The notes under the pieces were generated by a model. The model saw nothing but the letters and a program-made list of their open reading frames with translations, had not been told where the DNA came from and ran no database searches. Below are positions 49,882 to 59,704 of a stretch of 64,000 nt of DNA, piece by piece. This DNA is from Leptonemataceae bacterium. GTDB taxonomy: Bacteria > Spirochaetota > Leptospiria > Leptospirales > Leptonemataceae. The translations under genes and the position numbers were made by a program. Each line of letters opens with the position of its first letter. Positions within the stretch are counted from its first letter, which is position 1. The stretch covers positions 5,088,001 to 5,152,000 of the forward strand of contig OZ245742.1 of NCBI GenBank assembly GCA_965227295.1. The letters are read 5' to 3'.

Positions 49882-50958
49882 ATGCAGCCTACAGTTCGCG
49901 TCTCACCAGCCACCCTGCTCCCGATCATCCTCACCACGTTCGCCGCCTTCCCCGCCTGCACGCCCACGCACGTCCTCCCCGGCGAAACACATCTCCGCAA
50001 CATCCGCCAGCTCACCCACGGCGGACAGAACGCCGAGGCCTATCTTTCCTTCGACGAACGCCGGCTCGTCTACCAGGCGCAGCGCGGCGACATGCAGTGC
50101 GATCAAATCTACGTCATGGACCTGGACGGCAAGAACCGGCAGCGCGTGTCTTCCGGCGAAGGTGCCACGACCTGCGCGTACTTTTTACCGGCGCCGCAAG
50201 CAGACGGCGCAAAACAACGTGTGGTCTACGCGTCGACGCACCTGGCCGGTCAAGATTGCCCGCCGCCCCCGGATCGTTCGCAGGGCTACGTGTGGCAATT
50301 GTACGATAGCTACGATATTTTCTCGGCGAACGCCGACGGCAGCGGGGATGTGCGGCGACTCACCGACGCGCCCGGTTACGACGCCGAAGCCACGCTGTCA
50401 CCGCGCGGGGACCGCATCGTCTTCACGTCCACGCGCGACGGCGATCCGGAACTCTACACCATGAACCTGGACGGCAGCGATCAGCGCAGACTTACGTTCA
50501 GCAGAGGTTACGACGGCGGCGCTTTCTTCTCCGCGGACGGCAGTGAGATCGTCTGGCGCGCGTCGCGGCCGAACGGCCCGCAGGAAGAAGCGGCGTATCG
50601 TGAGTTGATCGAAAAAGACTACGTGCGTCCGACGGCGCTGGAGGTCTTCGTCATGAACGCCGACGGCACGAACATCCGCCAGGTCACGGACTTCGGCAAG
50701 GCCTCGTTCGCGCCGTTCTTTCATCCGGACGCCGAGCGCATCATCTTCTCTTCGAACTTAAAGAGCGAGTCGGGCCGCGACTTTGATCTATTCATGATTC
50801 GTAAAAACGGCAGCGACCTGGAACAGATCACCCACAACCCCACGTTCGACGGATTCCCCATGTTCACGCGCGACGGCCGAACGCTGGTATTCGCATCGAA
50901 TCGTTCGAATGCGGAGCGCGGCGAGACGAACATCTTCGTGGCGGACTGGGTCGATTGA
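49882..50958 (+). CDS. TolB-like PD40 beta-propeller lipoprotein
   Basis: NAEAYLSFD, GYDAEATLSPRGDRIVFTSTRDGDPELY, FDGFPMFTRDGRTLVFASNR. Confidence 0.88.
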   Translation: MQPTVRVSPATLLPIILTTFAAFPACTPTHVLPGETHLRNIRQLTHGGQNAEAYLSFDERRLVYQAQRGDMQCDQIYVMDLDGKNRQRVSSGEGATTCAYFLPAPQADGAKQRVVYASTHLAGQDCPPPPDRSQGYVWQLYDSYDIFSANADGSGDVRRLTDAPGYDAEATLSPRGDRIVFTSTRDGDPELYTMNLDGSDQRRLTFSRGYDGGAFFSADGSEIVWRASRPNGPQEEAAYRELIEKDYVRPTALEVFVMNADGTNIRQVTDFGKASFAPFFHPDAERIIFSSNLKSESGRDFDLFMIRKNGSDLEQITHNPTFDGFPMFTRDGRTLVFASNRSNAERGETNIFVADWVD

Positions 50959-50961
50959 GCA

Positions 50962-53157
50962 TCACTCAATCGTATCGAGATAACGCCCGCGTTCCAGTTC
51001 CGGGGTAATGCGATTGTCCGCCGACGCGCTGCCTTCGTACGTCGCGCGCAGGCCGAAGTAGAAGAACCGCGGCCGGATGGGGTTGATCTCCGGATCGTAC
51101 TCGTCGAGCATGTTGTCGACGCCGGCAAAAAGTTCGTAGTTCTCCATCACGCGCTTGAAGACGCGCACCCCGAGCAGATGATACGGATTGCGGTAGTCGA
51201 AGCCCTGCTGCGGAAAGTCCGGGTTAAGTTCCACCAGACCAAAGCTACGGTCCTGGGCGATCGCACGCAACGGCGCCTCGAAATCCTGATCGAACGTAAA
51301 CGTGGAACGATCGAACGTAAACACGGCCTCTTCGGTGTAATAGTACGCCTGCGGACCGTAGACGGAACCGTTGATCGAAAAACCGAGGCCCCAGGGCAGA
51401 TACTCGTATTGCAGGCGATACGTGCCGCGGTGTTCGGCCCGCCCTTCGAGCGGAATCTTCTGCTCACGATCCCAGGTCTGCGTAAACGTATAGCCCACAC
51501 CGAAGCGCAGCGCCCGGGAAATGCGAAAGTCCGCGAAGAGTTCTCCGCCGCGGGTGTAGGCCTTGCTGATGTTGACGGTTTGATAGCGCTGCAGACCCGA
51601 CGTGGTGCGACCGGACACGGCCTGAAAGTCGATGAGGTTCGTGATCGTATTATAAAAACCGTTCACGGATAAGTAGAGCCAATCGATGGGCTCGAACTCG
51701 ATGCCGCCGTTGTAGCTGATGGAACGTTCCGGGTCCAGGTCCTCATTGCCGACGACCTCGTAACCGACGCCGGGATTCTGAAACGTAATGTACAGATCCT
51801 TAAACGCCGGCGCGCGGTAGCCGACACCGACGCTGCCGCGCAAACGCAGATTTTCGAAGGGATCGAGGCGCGTGGCGAACTTCGGCGTGGTCTGCGCGCC
51901 GAACTGCGAGTCCTCGTCGTGGCGGACCCCGGGCACAATCACCCAGTTCGGATCGCCGATCACTTCCCACTCATCCTGCAAGAAGACGCCCACCCGCGTG
52001 CGATTTACGTACTCATCCTCGACGCGCGGCGAGATCAGTTCATCGAAGCCGACGTCCACGCCGGTACTGATGAAATGGTCTTCGAACACACGATAGTCGA
52101 ACTGCACGCGCCCTTCCTGGGTGCGATCGTCCTGGGTCTCGAAGGTATCGAGCTCGTCGGAGTCGCGCTGGTCCCGGTCGAGACGATCGAAGAAACGGTT
52201 CTGCGAGTACGAAAACGAAAGTCGGCCGTCGTTCGCGAGATACAACACGGGATTGAGCACGCCCATGAAATCATGCGTCTCGCTGCGACGATCAATGACG
52301 GCGCGCGGCGGACTGAAGTCCGTGCGCTCCTGATCCAGATAACGGTAGTTCACGAAACTGTTCACGAGAAAGTTTTCGGTCAACACGAACGTCGAGCGGT
52401 TGCCGACGCCGAGATCGCGAAAGGCCGTACCGGTGCTGCCCTGGATCGACGGCGGCAGATCGTTTTCGTCGAGGAACTCGAACGTCTCGTAAGCCTCGCG
52501 CACCTGGCGTTCCCGCGTATCGACGGGAGCCAGGTCGTAGCCGTCACTGCGCGTCCAGCCGGCGACGAACGTAGAACTTAAAAAATCATTCGAAAGACCG
52601 ACGACTCCGCTGGTACTGAGTTCGTGACCGCTGCCGAAGTTCTTTTCGCGACCGGAGCCGTAGCTTGTTTCGAACTCCGCGCGGATCGGCGCGTCGGACT
52701 TACGCGTGATGATGTTGATGACCCCGCCGAGGGCATCCGCTCCGTAAAGTGCCGATGAAGCGCCCTTAACGATTTCAATGCGTTCGATCTCCTCGGCCTT
52801 AAAACGCGTAAGATCGATGGCGCCGTCCACGCGACCGGTGACCCGCTGGCCGTTGACGAGGATCAAGACGTACTCGGGATCCAGGCCCTGCAAACGTACG
52901 AAGCGACCGCGCAGACCCTCACGCACTTCCACGCCGGGATGATTCTCCAGGGCGTCGGCGGCGTTGCGCGCCCCGCTCTGCACAATGTCCTCGCGCCGAA
53001 TGACCTCGGTGGCGGTGACGCTGTCCTGGAGCAGCTTCGCCCGGCGTTCGCCGGTGACGACGATCTCGGTTTCCAGGACCTCGTCGTCGCCCTGGGCCAT
53101 AAGCCCGGTGCAGACGAAGAACAAGGCAACGGCGGCTAAGATTCGATAATGTAACAT
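50962..53157 (-). CDS. TonB-dependent receptor, probable heme receptor
   Basis: Start MLHYRIL; EIVVTG TonB box; IERIEIVKGASSALYGADALGGVINIIT; YRAP and GNEDLDPE (FRAP/NPNL-like); coupled to hmuY. Confidence 0.9.
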   Translation of the reverse strand: MLHYRILAAVALFFVCTGLMAQGDDEVLETEIVVTGERRAKLLQDSVTATEVIRREDIVQSGARNAADALENHPGVEVREGLRGRFVRLQGLDPEYVLILVNGQRVTGRVDGAIDLTRFKAEEIERIEIVKGASSALYGADALGGVINIITRKSDAPIRAEFETSYGSGREKNFGSGHELSTSGVVGLSNDFLSSTFVAGWTRSDGYDLAPVDTRERQVREAYETFEFLDENDLPPSIQGSTGTAFRDLGVGNRSTFVLTENFLVNSFVNYRYLDQERTDFSPPRAVIDRRSETHDFMGVLNPVLYLANDGRLSFSYSQNRFFDRLDRDQRDSDELDTFETQDDRTQEGRVQFDYRVFEDHFISTGVDVGFDELISPRVEDEYVNRTRVGVFLQDEWEVIGDPNWVIVPGVRHDEDSQFGAQTTPKFATRLDPFENLRLRGSVGVGYRAPAFKDLYITFQNPGVGYEVVGNEDLDPERSISYNGGIEFEPIDWLYLSVNGFYNTITNLIDFQAVSGRTTSGLQRYQTVNISKAYTRGGELFADFRISRALRFGVGYTFTQTWDREQKIPLEGRAEHRGTYRLQYEYLPWGLGFSINGSVYGPQAYYYTEEAVFTFDRSTFTFDQDFEAPLRAIAQDRSFGLVELNPDFPQQGFDYRNPYHLLGVRVFKRVMENYELFAGVDNMLDEYDPEINPIRPRFFYFGLRATYEGSASADNRITPELERGRYLDTIE

Positions 53158-53843
53158 TAGTTGAGCGGGATCTCCGCCCAGCGGAGAGAAGGATAGCCGG
53201 ACGTGCCGGCGGAACTGTAGTAGTCGAGCATCTGGATCTTGTAGTACGTGCTGCCGTCGGAGTTGCGGATGATCAGCACGTCGTCTTTGGCCGTAAGCAC
53301 GTGCGTCGTGGTGTTGTAGTTGAACCATTCCTGCAACACGGCGCTGCCGCTGTAGGTGACGTCGCTCGCGCCCCCGGCCCCGCCGGTCGTGGCGGTGAGG
53401 TTCTGGTCGACGGCGAACTGCGGGCACACCCCGCTCGTGGTGCTGCTGAACTGATTCACGCTGAACACGCTGCTGAAGTTCGTGCTGCCGGTGCTGCAGG
53501 CTCCGCCGCCACCGCTGCCGCTCGTCCCGCTGTTGGTTCCAAGACGAAACCGTTGAAACGACATGTCCCAGGCTCCGATCTGCGCCACGGTCCCGCCGTT
53601 GAAGAGATCGCAGTAGATCGTATTGCTGTTCGACGTCGCGTTCACCGTCGCCGTATAGATGGAGCCGCTGAGGCTGGTCGAGCAGGCGCCGGAGAGGGCC
53701 AGCGCGGACGGGTTCGTCGAGGCCTGGGGCGTGAGCAGCGTCACCAGGTCCTCCAGGTCGTCGTTGCCGCCCTGCTCGTAGCGACAGCCCGCCGCCGTAG
53801 TTGCGACGAGCAGGAGAATGATGAAAAAAGAGCGATGTATCAT
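53157..53843 (-). CDS. hmuY: HmuY-family heme-binding lipoprotein
   Basis: AAGC lipobox; WDMSFQRF..GTNSG; WFNYN; YYKIQMLDYY..AGTSGYPSLRW. Confidence 0.88.
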   Translation of the reverse strand: MIHRSFFIILLLVATTAAGCRYEQGGNDDLEDLVTLLTPQASTNPSALALSGACSTSLSGSIYTATVNATSNSNTIYCDLFNGGTVAQIGAWDMSFQRFRLGTNSGTSGSGGGGACSTGSTNFSSVFSVNQFSSTTSGVCPQFAVDQNLTATTGGAGGASDVTYSGSAVLQEWFNYNTTTHVLTAKDDVLIIRNSDGSTYYKIQMLDYYSSAGTSGYPSLRWAEIPLN

Positions 53844-53886
53844 GGCGTGCACGCGGTCCGAAACCGGGTCTAAACTGGACTGCAAA

Positions 53887-53901
53887 TGAGAAGCAATATC
53901 A
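53887..53901. promoter_or_regulatory. Fur-box-like palindrome
   Basis: TGAGA-AGCAA-TATCA upstream of hmuY. Confidence 0.55.
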
Positions 53902-53981
53902 ATTGAACCAGGAATGGCCAACCCGCAAATCTGACAACGGAAAATTCTCCCGGGCAGGCAGTATGTCATGGATATGTGTTT

Positions 53982-53996
53982 TGAGATTGACTCTCA
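53982..53996. promoter_or_regulatory. Fur-box-like palindrome
   Basis: TGAGA-TTGAC-TCTCA upstream of the divergent lipoprotein gene. Confidence 0.6.
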
Positions 53997-54045
53997 TAAT
54001 CACTCTCCGGAGGCTGTCCAAACTCTCAAATTCAGGATTGCTTGC

Positions 54046-54624
54046 ATGAAATTTAAGAAACCCATGACCCTGACCGCGGCCCTGCTGTTCGGTCTTTCCC
54101 TGGCCGCCTGCCAGCAGAGCAGCGGAGACGACGATGATCTCCTCGGGATCTCGCTCCTGGCCGGCGTCGCCGCCGCCTCCAACGTTCCTCAGCTCGAAGG
54201 CTTCTGCCACTTTTCGTTCGGCTCACGCACGGTGTACAACGTGCCCATCACGACGATGGATTCCGCAAAAACGGAGTCGTTGACTTTCACGTCATCCACC
54301 ACGCGGCGCTGGAGTGCCGTGTACGTCCCGGGCGCCGCGGACGGAACGGTTGTCACGTTCGACTTCAACCCGGCCTATCGCCCGCCGTTCGGATACAACG
54401 AGGACATCTCCCTCGTCCACGTCACCGGCGGTTGTCCGCTGGAATCCTCCACGTCGGACTACAACGTTAACTCGAGCTCCACCGCGCCGCAGACGCCGGT
54501 GAACTATTCGTTCGGCAGCAACACGTTTACGTTTAACTCTTCCGCCCAGGGGAAAAACTTTTTCATCATCGCCGCTCCGGAACTGACTCAGACCACCGGC
54601 TCGACGACACGGACGGACCCGTAA
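54046..54624 (+). CDS. Lipoprotein of unknown function in heme locus
   Basis: MKFKK...SLAAC lipobox; followed by a strong hairpin. Confidence 0.75.
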   Translation: MKFKKPMTLTAALLFGLSLAACQQSSGDDDDLLGISLLAGVAAASNVPQLEGFCHFSFGSRTVYNVPITTMDSAKTESLTFTSSTTRRWSAVYVPGAADGTVVTFDFNPAYRPPFGYNEDISLVHVTGGCPLESSTSDYNVNSSSTAPQTPVNYSFGSNTFTFNSSAQGKNFFIIAAPELTQTTGSTTRTDP

Positions 54625-54630
54625 CATAAC

Positions 54631-54684
54631 GCACGCCCCCGAAGTCCCGCCCCGCGATTGGAGCGGGACTTCGGGGGCGTGTGC
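54631..54684 (+). terminator. Long hairpin after lipoprotein gene
   Basis: cacgcccccgaagtcccgc...gcgggacttcgggggcgtg; right arm overlaps the start of the 330-bp repeat. Confidence 0.6.
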
Positions 54685-55370
54685 GAACTACCCGGGCGTT
54701 TCCGGTAGTTCAAGAGCTGTGGTTCGTTGCGTTTACCGTGAGACACACAAGATAAGTTGCGCAATCGTAAAGGGGTTGATTTGGCTACGGCTCGCAGGAG
54801 TTGTGGATTTTCGTTTTGTTAAGATTGTCCGCCTCGACCCGGACGTCGGTTTGTAACTCAGCTACCGTAGTGTTTCTTACGAAGAAGACGCCGTTCCGGT
54901 CCGCCTTACCACGTTCCCCGACATGAACTCCGCGCGTCAGTTGGAACCAGCCGTACCCACAAAAGGCTTAATTTACGTTGGCCGCCACTTACACCACGAT
55001 TCGGGGCGTGTGCGAACGAATAAAACGTTTCCGGTAGTTCAAGAGCTGTGGTTCGTGGCGTTTGCCGTGAGACACACAAGATAAGTTGCGCAATCGTAAA
55101 GGGGTTGATTTGGCTACGGCTCGCAGGAGTTGTGGATTTTCGTTTTGTTAAGATTGTCCGCCTCGACCCGGACGCTGGTTGTGCGGTTCGGATATCGCAG
55201 CGTTTCTTACGAAGAAGACGCCGTTCCGGTCCGCCTTACCACGTTCCCCGGCATAACCTCCGCTCGTGAGCTGGAACCAGCCGTACCCACAAAAGGCTTA
55301 ATTTACGTTGGCCGCCACTTACACCACGATTCGGGGCGGACTCGAATGAAAAAACGTTTCCGGTAGTTCA
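54671..55370. repeat. ~330-bp non-coding tandem repeat, array 1 (2 full units + partial third)
   Basis: Units start tcggggcg at about 54671, 55001 and 55331; long identical blocks such as ggggttgatttggctacggctcgcaggagttgtggattttcgttttgttaagattgtccgcctcgacccggacg. Confidence 0.95.
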
Positions 55371-55386
55371 CAGAACGCGCCTTTGT

Positions 55387-55980
55387 TCATAATCGAAAGT
55401 TCAATCGCAAACGAAACGTGACCTGGTTCTTGCCGACCTGCGCCGGTATTTCCGGGAACGGGGCGGCGCTGTGAACCGCGCGTAAGGCCGCATCGTTCAG
55501 TCCGTCGTGCGGACTCGCACCGACCAGGGCGGCCGATTGCAACACTCCGGATCCGTCAATCATCACCTGCACCGTAACGACACCCTGCTTGCCCGCGTTC
55601 TTCTCACGCGGCGGATAACGTTTCTTGCGCGCCACCATGGCCCGCACACGCGCCAGGTACTTTTCCAGCTCGGACTCGGCCTCCGCCGTGCCGGCGGCAT
55701 CGCTGCTGCCGGACGTCGGCCTGTCCGGATGCGCCTCGCTGTCTCCGATCGCGGCAGACGCGGGCGGCGGCGAGTCTGCCTGCAGGCGCAACTTCACGGA
55801 CGGCAGAATTTCCAGGCTGTCCTTCCGCTGCGAGGCCGACCCGCCGAAGTCCGTGAGCGCTAACATACACACAACGGATATTAAGAGCAGGATCGGATAA
55901 AATCCCCGGCCGTCCTGGGCCGCGGCCACAACCGCGAACCATCGGTGATTCGCCGACTCAACGCCTTGCTTCATGTTCAA
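55387..55980 (-). CDS. tonB: Energy transducer TonB
   Basis: TM anchor; YPPREKNAGKQGVVTVQVMIDGSG; LNDAALRAV..AAPFP. Confidence 0.85.
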   Translation of the reverse strand: MNMKQGVESANHRWFAVVAAAQDGRGFYPILLLISVVCMLALTDFGGSASQRKDSLEILPSVKLRLQADSPPPASAAIGDSEAHPDRPTSGSSDAAGTAEAESELEKYLARVRAMVARKKRYPPREKNAGKQGVVTVQVMIDGSGVLQSAALVGASPHDGLNDAALRAVHSAAPFPEIPAQVGKNQVTFRLRLNFRL

Positions 55981-56359
55981 TGTTCACCGTCGTCGCGCCG
56001 GCCTGGCGGGCCTCGTCCATCACCCGTACAAAATAACGAAACGGGGTCGCGCCGTCCGCGCGCAACAGGACGTCCGTGCGGTTCTTCGCTTCGATGGCCG
56101 CCTTGAGCGCTCCGGGTAGATCATCCGGCGCCACGGAGCCGCCGTCGAGAAAGACGCCGCCGCTCGCGTCGATGGATACGACCACCCCCGAACGATCGGC
56201 GCGATCCGCGGTCTTCGCCTCGGGCAGTTCCAGTTCCACCACCGGCTTTAGAAAACGCGAGCTGATCATAAAAAAGATCAACAGCAGAAAGACAATGTCC
56301 ACCAACGGCGCGATGTCGATGATCGAGCCCCGCCGTTCCCGCTGCGCGAAGCCCTGCAT
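55958..56359 (-). CDS. exbD: Biopolymer transport protein ExbD
   Basis: IDIAPLVDIVFLLLIFFMI; LRAD...VRVMDEARQAG. Confidence 0.92.
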   Translation of the reverse strand: MQGFAQRERRGSIIDIAPLVDIVFLLLIFFMISSRFLKPVVELELPEAKTADRADRSGVVVSIDASGGVFLDGGSVAPDDLPGALKAAIEAKNRTDVLLRADGATPFRYFVRVMDEARQAGATTVNIEHEARR

Positions 56360-57066
56360 CAGCGCGCCTCCATCGAGACCGACACCGGCGTTGCGCGCTC
56401 CGTGCCGGCCGGCAGAACATCGTGACGCCACTCCTCGAGATGATGCAGCACGGCGTTCATCTTCCGAATGCGCGCGTTTAAGATCGAATGCAGGTAACCG
56501 TGGGCCAGGTGGGCCGGGATGGCCGCGGCCAGCCCGAAGGCCGTCGTGATCATGGCCGTCCAGATGCCCCCCGCCAGCTCGGAGATGTCCGCCTGGCCGC
56601 CGGTGGCCGCAATGCGCTCGAAGGAATCCATCATTCCCAGGATCGTACCCAGGAGGCCGATGAGCGGCGCCACCCCGCCGATGACCTGAAGAATGCCGAT
56701 CCGCCGCTCCATGCGATCGATGACCTCGGCACCGGTACGTTCCACCGCCGCGCCCCGGGCCTCATTGGCCTGGCCGAGGCCGCCGACAAAGACCGCGGCC
56801 ATGCGAAAATAGGCGCTGCCCCGGAGTCGGAGTTCCGACAGCGGCAGCCGATCCTCCGGTCGAAGTTCCGACAGTTGCGGCGCCTCGCCGGACGTGCGCG
56901 CGCGTTCGAGGATGCGGCTGAGCCCGGCTTCGAACTGCGTGAACGGCGTATATGTTAGAAAGAAGTAGAGCCCGCGCTCCAAAAACACGGCGGTACCCAC
57001 GATCAGGAAGAGCAGGATCACCCACATCAGGTCCCCGCCCTTTTCGAAAAGTGTCAGATAGTCCAT
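56359..57066 (-). CDS. exbB: MotA/TolQ/ExbB proton channel
   Basis: APLIGLLGTILGMM; LAGGIWTAMITTAFGLAAAIP. Confidence 0.92.
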   Translation of the reverse strand: MDYLTLFEKGGDLMWVILLFLIVGTAVFLERGLYFFLTYTPFTQFEAGLSRILERARTSGEAPQLSELRPEDRLPLSELRLRGSAYFRMAAVFVGGLGQANEARGAAVERTGAEVIDRMERRIGILQVIGGVAPLIGLLGTILGMMDSFERIAATGGQADISELAGGIWTAMITTAFGLAAAIPAHLAHGYLHSILNARIRKMNAVLHHLEEWRHDVLPAGTERATPVSVSMEAR

Positions 57067-57133
57067 TCTGTGCTGTTTTATTCCTTTTTTTCTTGTCGAA
57101 TGCAGAGTTGTCAGAGATATGTCACACCATACA

Positions 57134-57724
57134 ATGAGAATCAATCTCACTTACAAGCGACTTTTTCTTACGACCGCCACTGCCGTGGTCCTGCTCGGCC
57201 AGAGCGCCTGTCAGAGCGGCGGACGTGGCGGGGTGACACCGCTCATTGAAGCGGCACGCACGGATCGCCCGTCCGAACTGCGCGACCTGCTCGCGGCCGG
57301 GGCCGAGGTCAACGCCGTGGAGACCCGGGACGGGAGCGCGTTCAGTACCCCGCTGCTCTACGCCGTCAGCCGCGGGGACCGCTCGTCGGTGGAACTTCTG
57401 CTCGAAAACGGCGCCGATCCGGAACTGCCGGGCTGGCGCGGACTCACGCCCTTCATGGAAGCGGCCCGCATGGGTCATCCGCAGGTGTTGGAGATCCTGC
57501 AGCGCCGCGCGGTTTCGGTGAACGCCGTCGACGAAGACGGTCGCACCGCCCTGATCTGGGCCGCGCTGACCGGACGCCCGCAGTCCGTGCAGTACCTGGT
57601 GCGCATCCCCGATCTCGAACTGGACCTCCGGGACCTGGCAGACCGCTCGGCCCTGGACTACGCCCGGGAAAGCGGCCGCACCGAGATCGTCCGGCTGCTG
57701 GAGAACGCCGGCGCCGGCTCGTGA
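57134..57724 (+). CDS. Ankyrin-repeat protein with lipoprotein-like signal
   Basis: QSAC; TPLIEAA, TPLLYAV, TPFMEAA, GRTALIWAA ankyrin repeats. Confidence 0.85.
   Translation: MRINLTYKRLFLTTATAVVLLGQSACQSGGRGGVTPLIEAARTDRPSELRDLLAAGAEVNAVETRDGSAFSTPLLYAVSRGDRSSVELLLENGADPELPGWRGLTPFMEAARMGHPQVLEILQRRAVSVNAVDEDGRTALIWAALTGRPQSVQYLVRIPDLELDLRDLADRSALDYARESGRTEIVRLLENAGAGS
57135..57149. promoter_or_regulatory. Fur-box-like palindrome
   Basis: TGAGA-ATCAA-TCTCA between divergent exbB and ankyrin/heme oxygenase units. Confidence 0.6.
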
Positions 57725-57764
57725 TTTTAAAACCATACCACAAATAGTTAACAGGAGAAACTTA

Positions 57765-58442
57765 ATGGGACTCGCTCAGGTTTTACGTTCGGGCACCTCG
57801 GAGGTGCATTCCGAAGCGGAGGGTTCGGCCTTCGTACGTTGTTTTATGAAGGGGGTGCTGGACCGCGCGACCTATGCTCGCCACCTCGAAGCGCTGCACG
57901 CCGTCTATTCCGCCATGGAAGACGGCCTCGAACGGCACAAGGATCATCCGATCGTCTCGAAGATCTACTACCCCGAGGTGCATCGTCGCGCGAACCTCGA
58001 AGCCGACCTCGAATTCTTCTACGGCGACGACTGGCAGAGCAAGATGCAGCCGCCCTCGCCCGCGGTCGTCGAGTACGTCGATCACATTCGTAAGATCAGC
58101 GAGGAGAACCCCACGCTGCTCGTCGCTCATTCCTATGTTCGTTACCTGGGCGATCTGTCCGGCGGGCAAATCCTGAAGAAGGTGGCCGGCCAGACCCTGC
58201 AACTGGACGCGGACCACGGCCTCGCGTTCTACGAGTTCGGCGACATCGCCGGCAAGAAGGAATTCAAAGACATGTACCGTAACGCCCTGGACGGCCTGGC
58301 CCTCGACGAGGCACAGCAACAGGCCGTGCTCGAAGAGGCCATTCGCGTGTTTCGTTTCAACGGTGCGGTCTTCAACGATCTAGAGGAAGAGTTGATCAGC
58401 AACCTCGGTCGCGATCGTTACGAGGCTGCCGTCAGCTCCTGA
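57765..58442 (+). CDS. hemO: Biliverdin-producing heme oxygenase
   Basis: LRSGTSEVHSEAE (proximal His); HSYVRYLGDLSGGQIL; FYEF; AGGAG RBS upstream. Confidence 0.95.
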   Translation: MGLAQVLRSGTSEVHSEAEGSAFVRCFMKGVLDRATYARHLEALHAVYSAMEDGLERHKDHPIVSKIYYPEVHRRANLEADLEFFYGDDWQSKMQPPSPAVVEYVDHIRKISEENPTLLVAHSYVRYLGDLSGGQILKKVAGQTLQLDADHGLAFYEFGDIAGKKEFKDMYRNALDGLALDEAQQQAVLEEAIRVFRFNGAVFNDLEEELISNLGRDRYEAAVSS

Positions 58443-58445
58443 AGC

Positions 58446-59678
58446 ATGCAGCGTTCTACCGATCACAGCGCTCGTCTCGTCCTCGTTTTGATCCTCGGCG
58501 TGATGCTGCCGGCCACCATGCCGGTGACGGTCTTTAAGGAGATCGTCAAGGATCGTTTCGCCGCGGGCAGTGAGTCCGTGGCGTACTTCACGAGCATCGC
58601 CATGTTCGGTTCGTTTTTGTTCGCACCGCTCGCCGGTTTCGTATCGGATTACTTTCGCAACCGGCGCGGTTTCATCGCCGCTTTCGCCGCGATCAACGGC
58701 TGCATGTTCTTCGGCATGGCGGAGGCGAACTCGCTCGCGCTGTTGCTCGTGCTGCGCTTCATTGAAGGCGCAACCAGTGTCTTTGTGATCGGCCTTTTGA
58801 TGTCCGCCGTGGCGGACCGCGAGCGCGGTGCGACGGCCCCCGGCTTTCGCCCGGGAACGTTAATGGGCCTCGCCGGCATGTTGCTGGTGTTGGGTGCCTT
58901 CGTCGGCATTCCCATCGGCGGGTTTATCGGTAAAACACAGCCCATGCTGCCGCTCTACGTGTCCGGAACGCTCATGATCGCCAACGCCGGCCTCGCCCTG
59001 TTCTTAAAAGACGCGGACAGTTTTCACGAGGAACAGTCGCTGCGTCCGGGAGACGCCGTTCATCTGTTGCTGGTGGCCCCGTTGCTGCTCGTGCCGCTCA
59101 TGTTCGCGTTTACGGACCGGTTCACCTTCGGGTTTCTGGTAAGTTCGTTTAATTTACACTTAAGAGAAGGCCTGCAACTGGATCCGGCGGCAGCGGGGCT
59201 GTCCATGGGCATCGTCATGCTGCCCATGGCGCTGCTGGCGTATCCGTCCGTACGCCTGGGACGGCGCGTCGGCATGTTGCCGTTACTTCTGGGCGGCTCC
59301 GCGCTGTACGGCCTCGGCCTCGCCGCCGCGGGGACGCAAAGTTCCACGGAAGGATTGTTTACGTTTCTGGGCCTGGCCGGACTCGGCGCAGGCCTCATGT
59401 ACATCCCGTCCTTGCTGATCGCGGCGCGCCTGGCGCCGGCCGGCTGGAACGCCACGGTCATGTCGATGTTCACGGGCGCGGGTTCGCTGGGATTCATGCT
59501 CGGACCGCTGGTTTCGGCCGGGCTGGAACATCTCTATCGAGTGCGCCTGGATCCGCCCCTGGTCATCCCCGTACTCGCATCTTCGTTCGGCCTCCTGGAA
59601 GTCCTGGCCGTGGCGGCGACGATTCCGTTTTACCGGGCGTTACACCGCGCCGTTACGCGCAGCCACGACGCGGCGTAA
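58446..59678 (+). CDS. MFS transporter
   Basis: About 12 TMs; GFVSDYFRNRR motif A; LRFIEG. Confidence 0.9.
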   Translation: MQRSTDHSARLVLVLILGVMLPATMPVTVFKEIVKDRFAAGSESVAYFTSIAMFGSFLFAPLAGFVSDYFRNRRGFIAAFAAINGCMFFGMAEANSLALLLVLRFIEGATSVFVIGLLMSAVADRERGATAPGFRPGTLMGLAGMLLVLGAFVGIPIGGFIGKTQPMLPLYVSGTLMIANAGLALFLKDADSFHEEQSLRPGDAVHLLLVAPLLLVPLMFAFTDRFTFGFLVSSFNLHLREGLQLDPAAAGLSMGIVMLPMALLAYPSVRLGRRVGMLPLLLGGSALYGLGLAAAGTQSSTEGLFTFLGLAGLGAGLMYIPSLLIAARLAPAGWNATVMSMFTGAGSLGFMLGPLVSAGLEHLYRVRLDPPLVIPVLASSFGLLEVLAVAATIPFYRALHRAVTRSHDAA

Positions 59679-59704
59679 TCGCGACCTTCTATGCCGCGGC
59701 CTGG

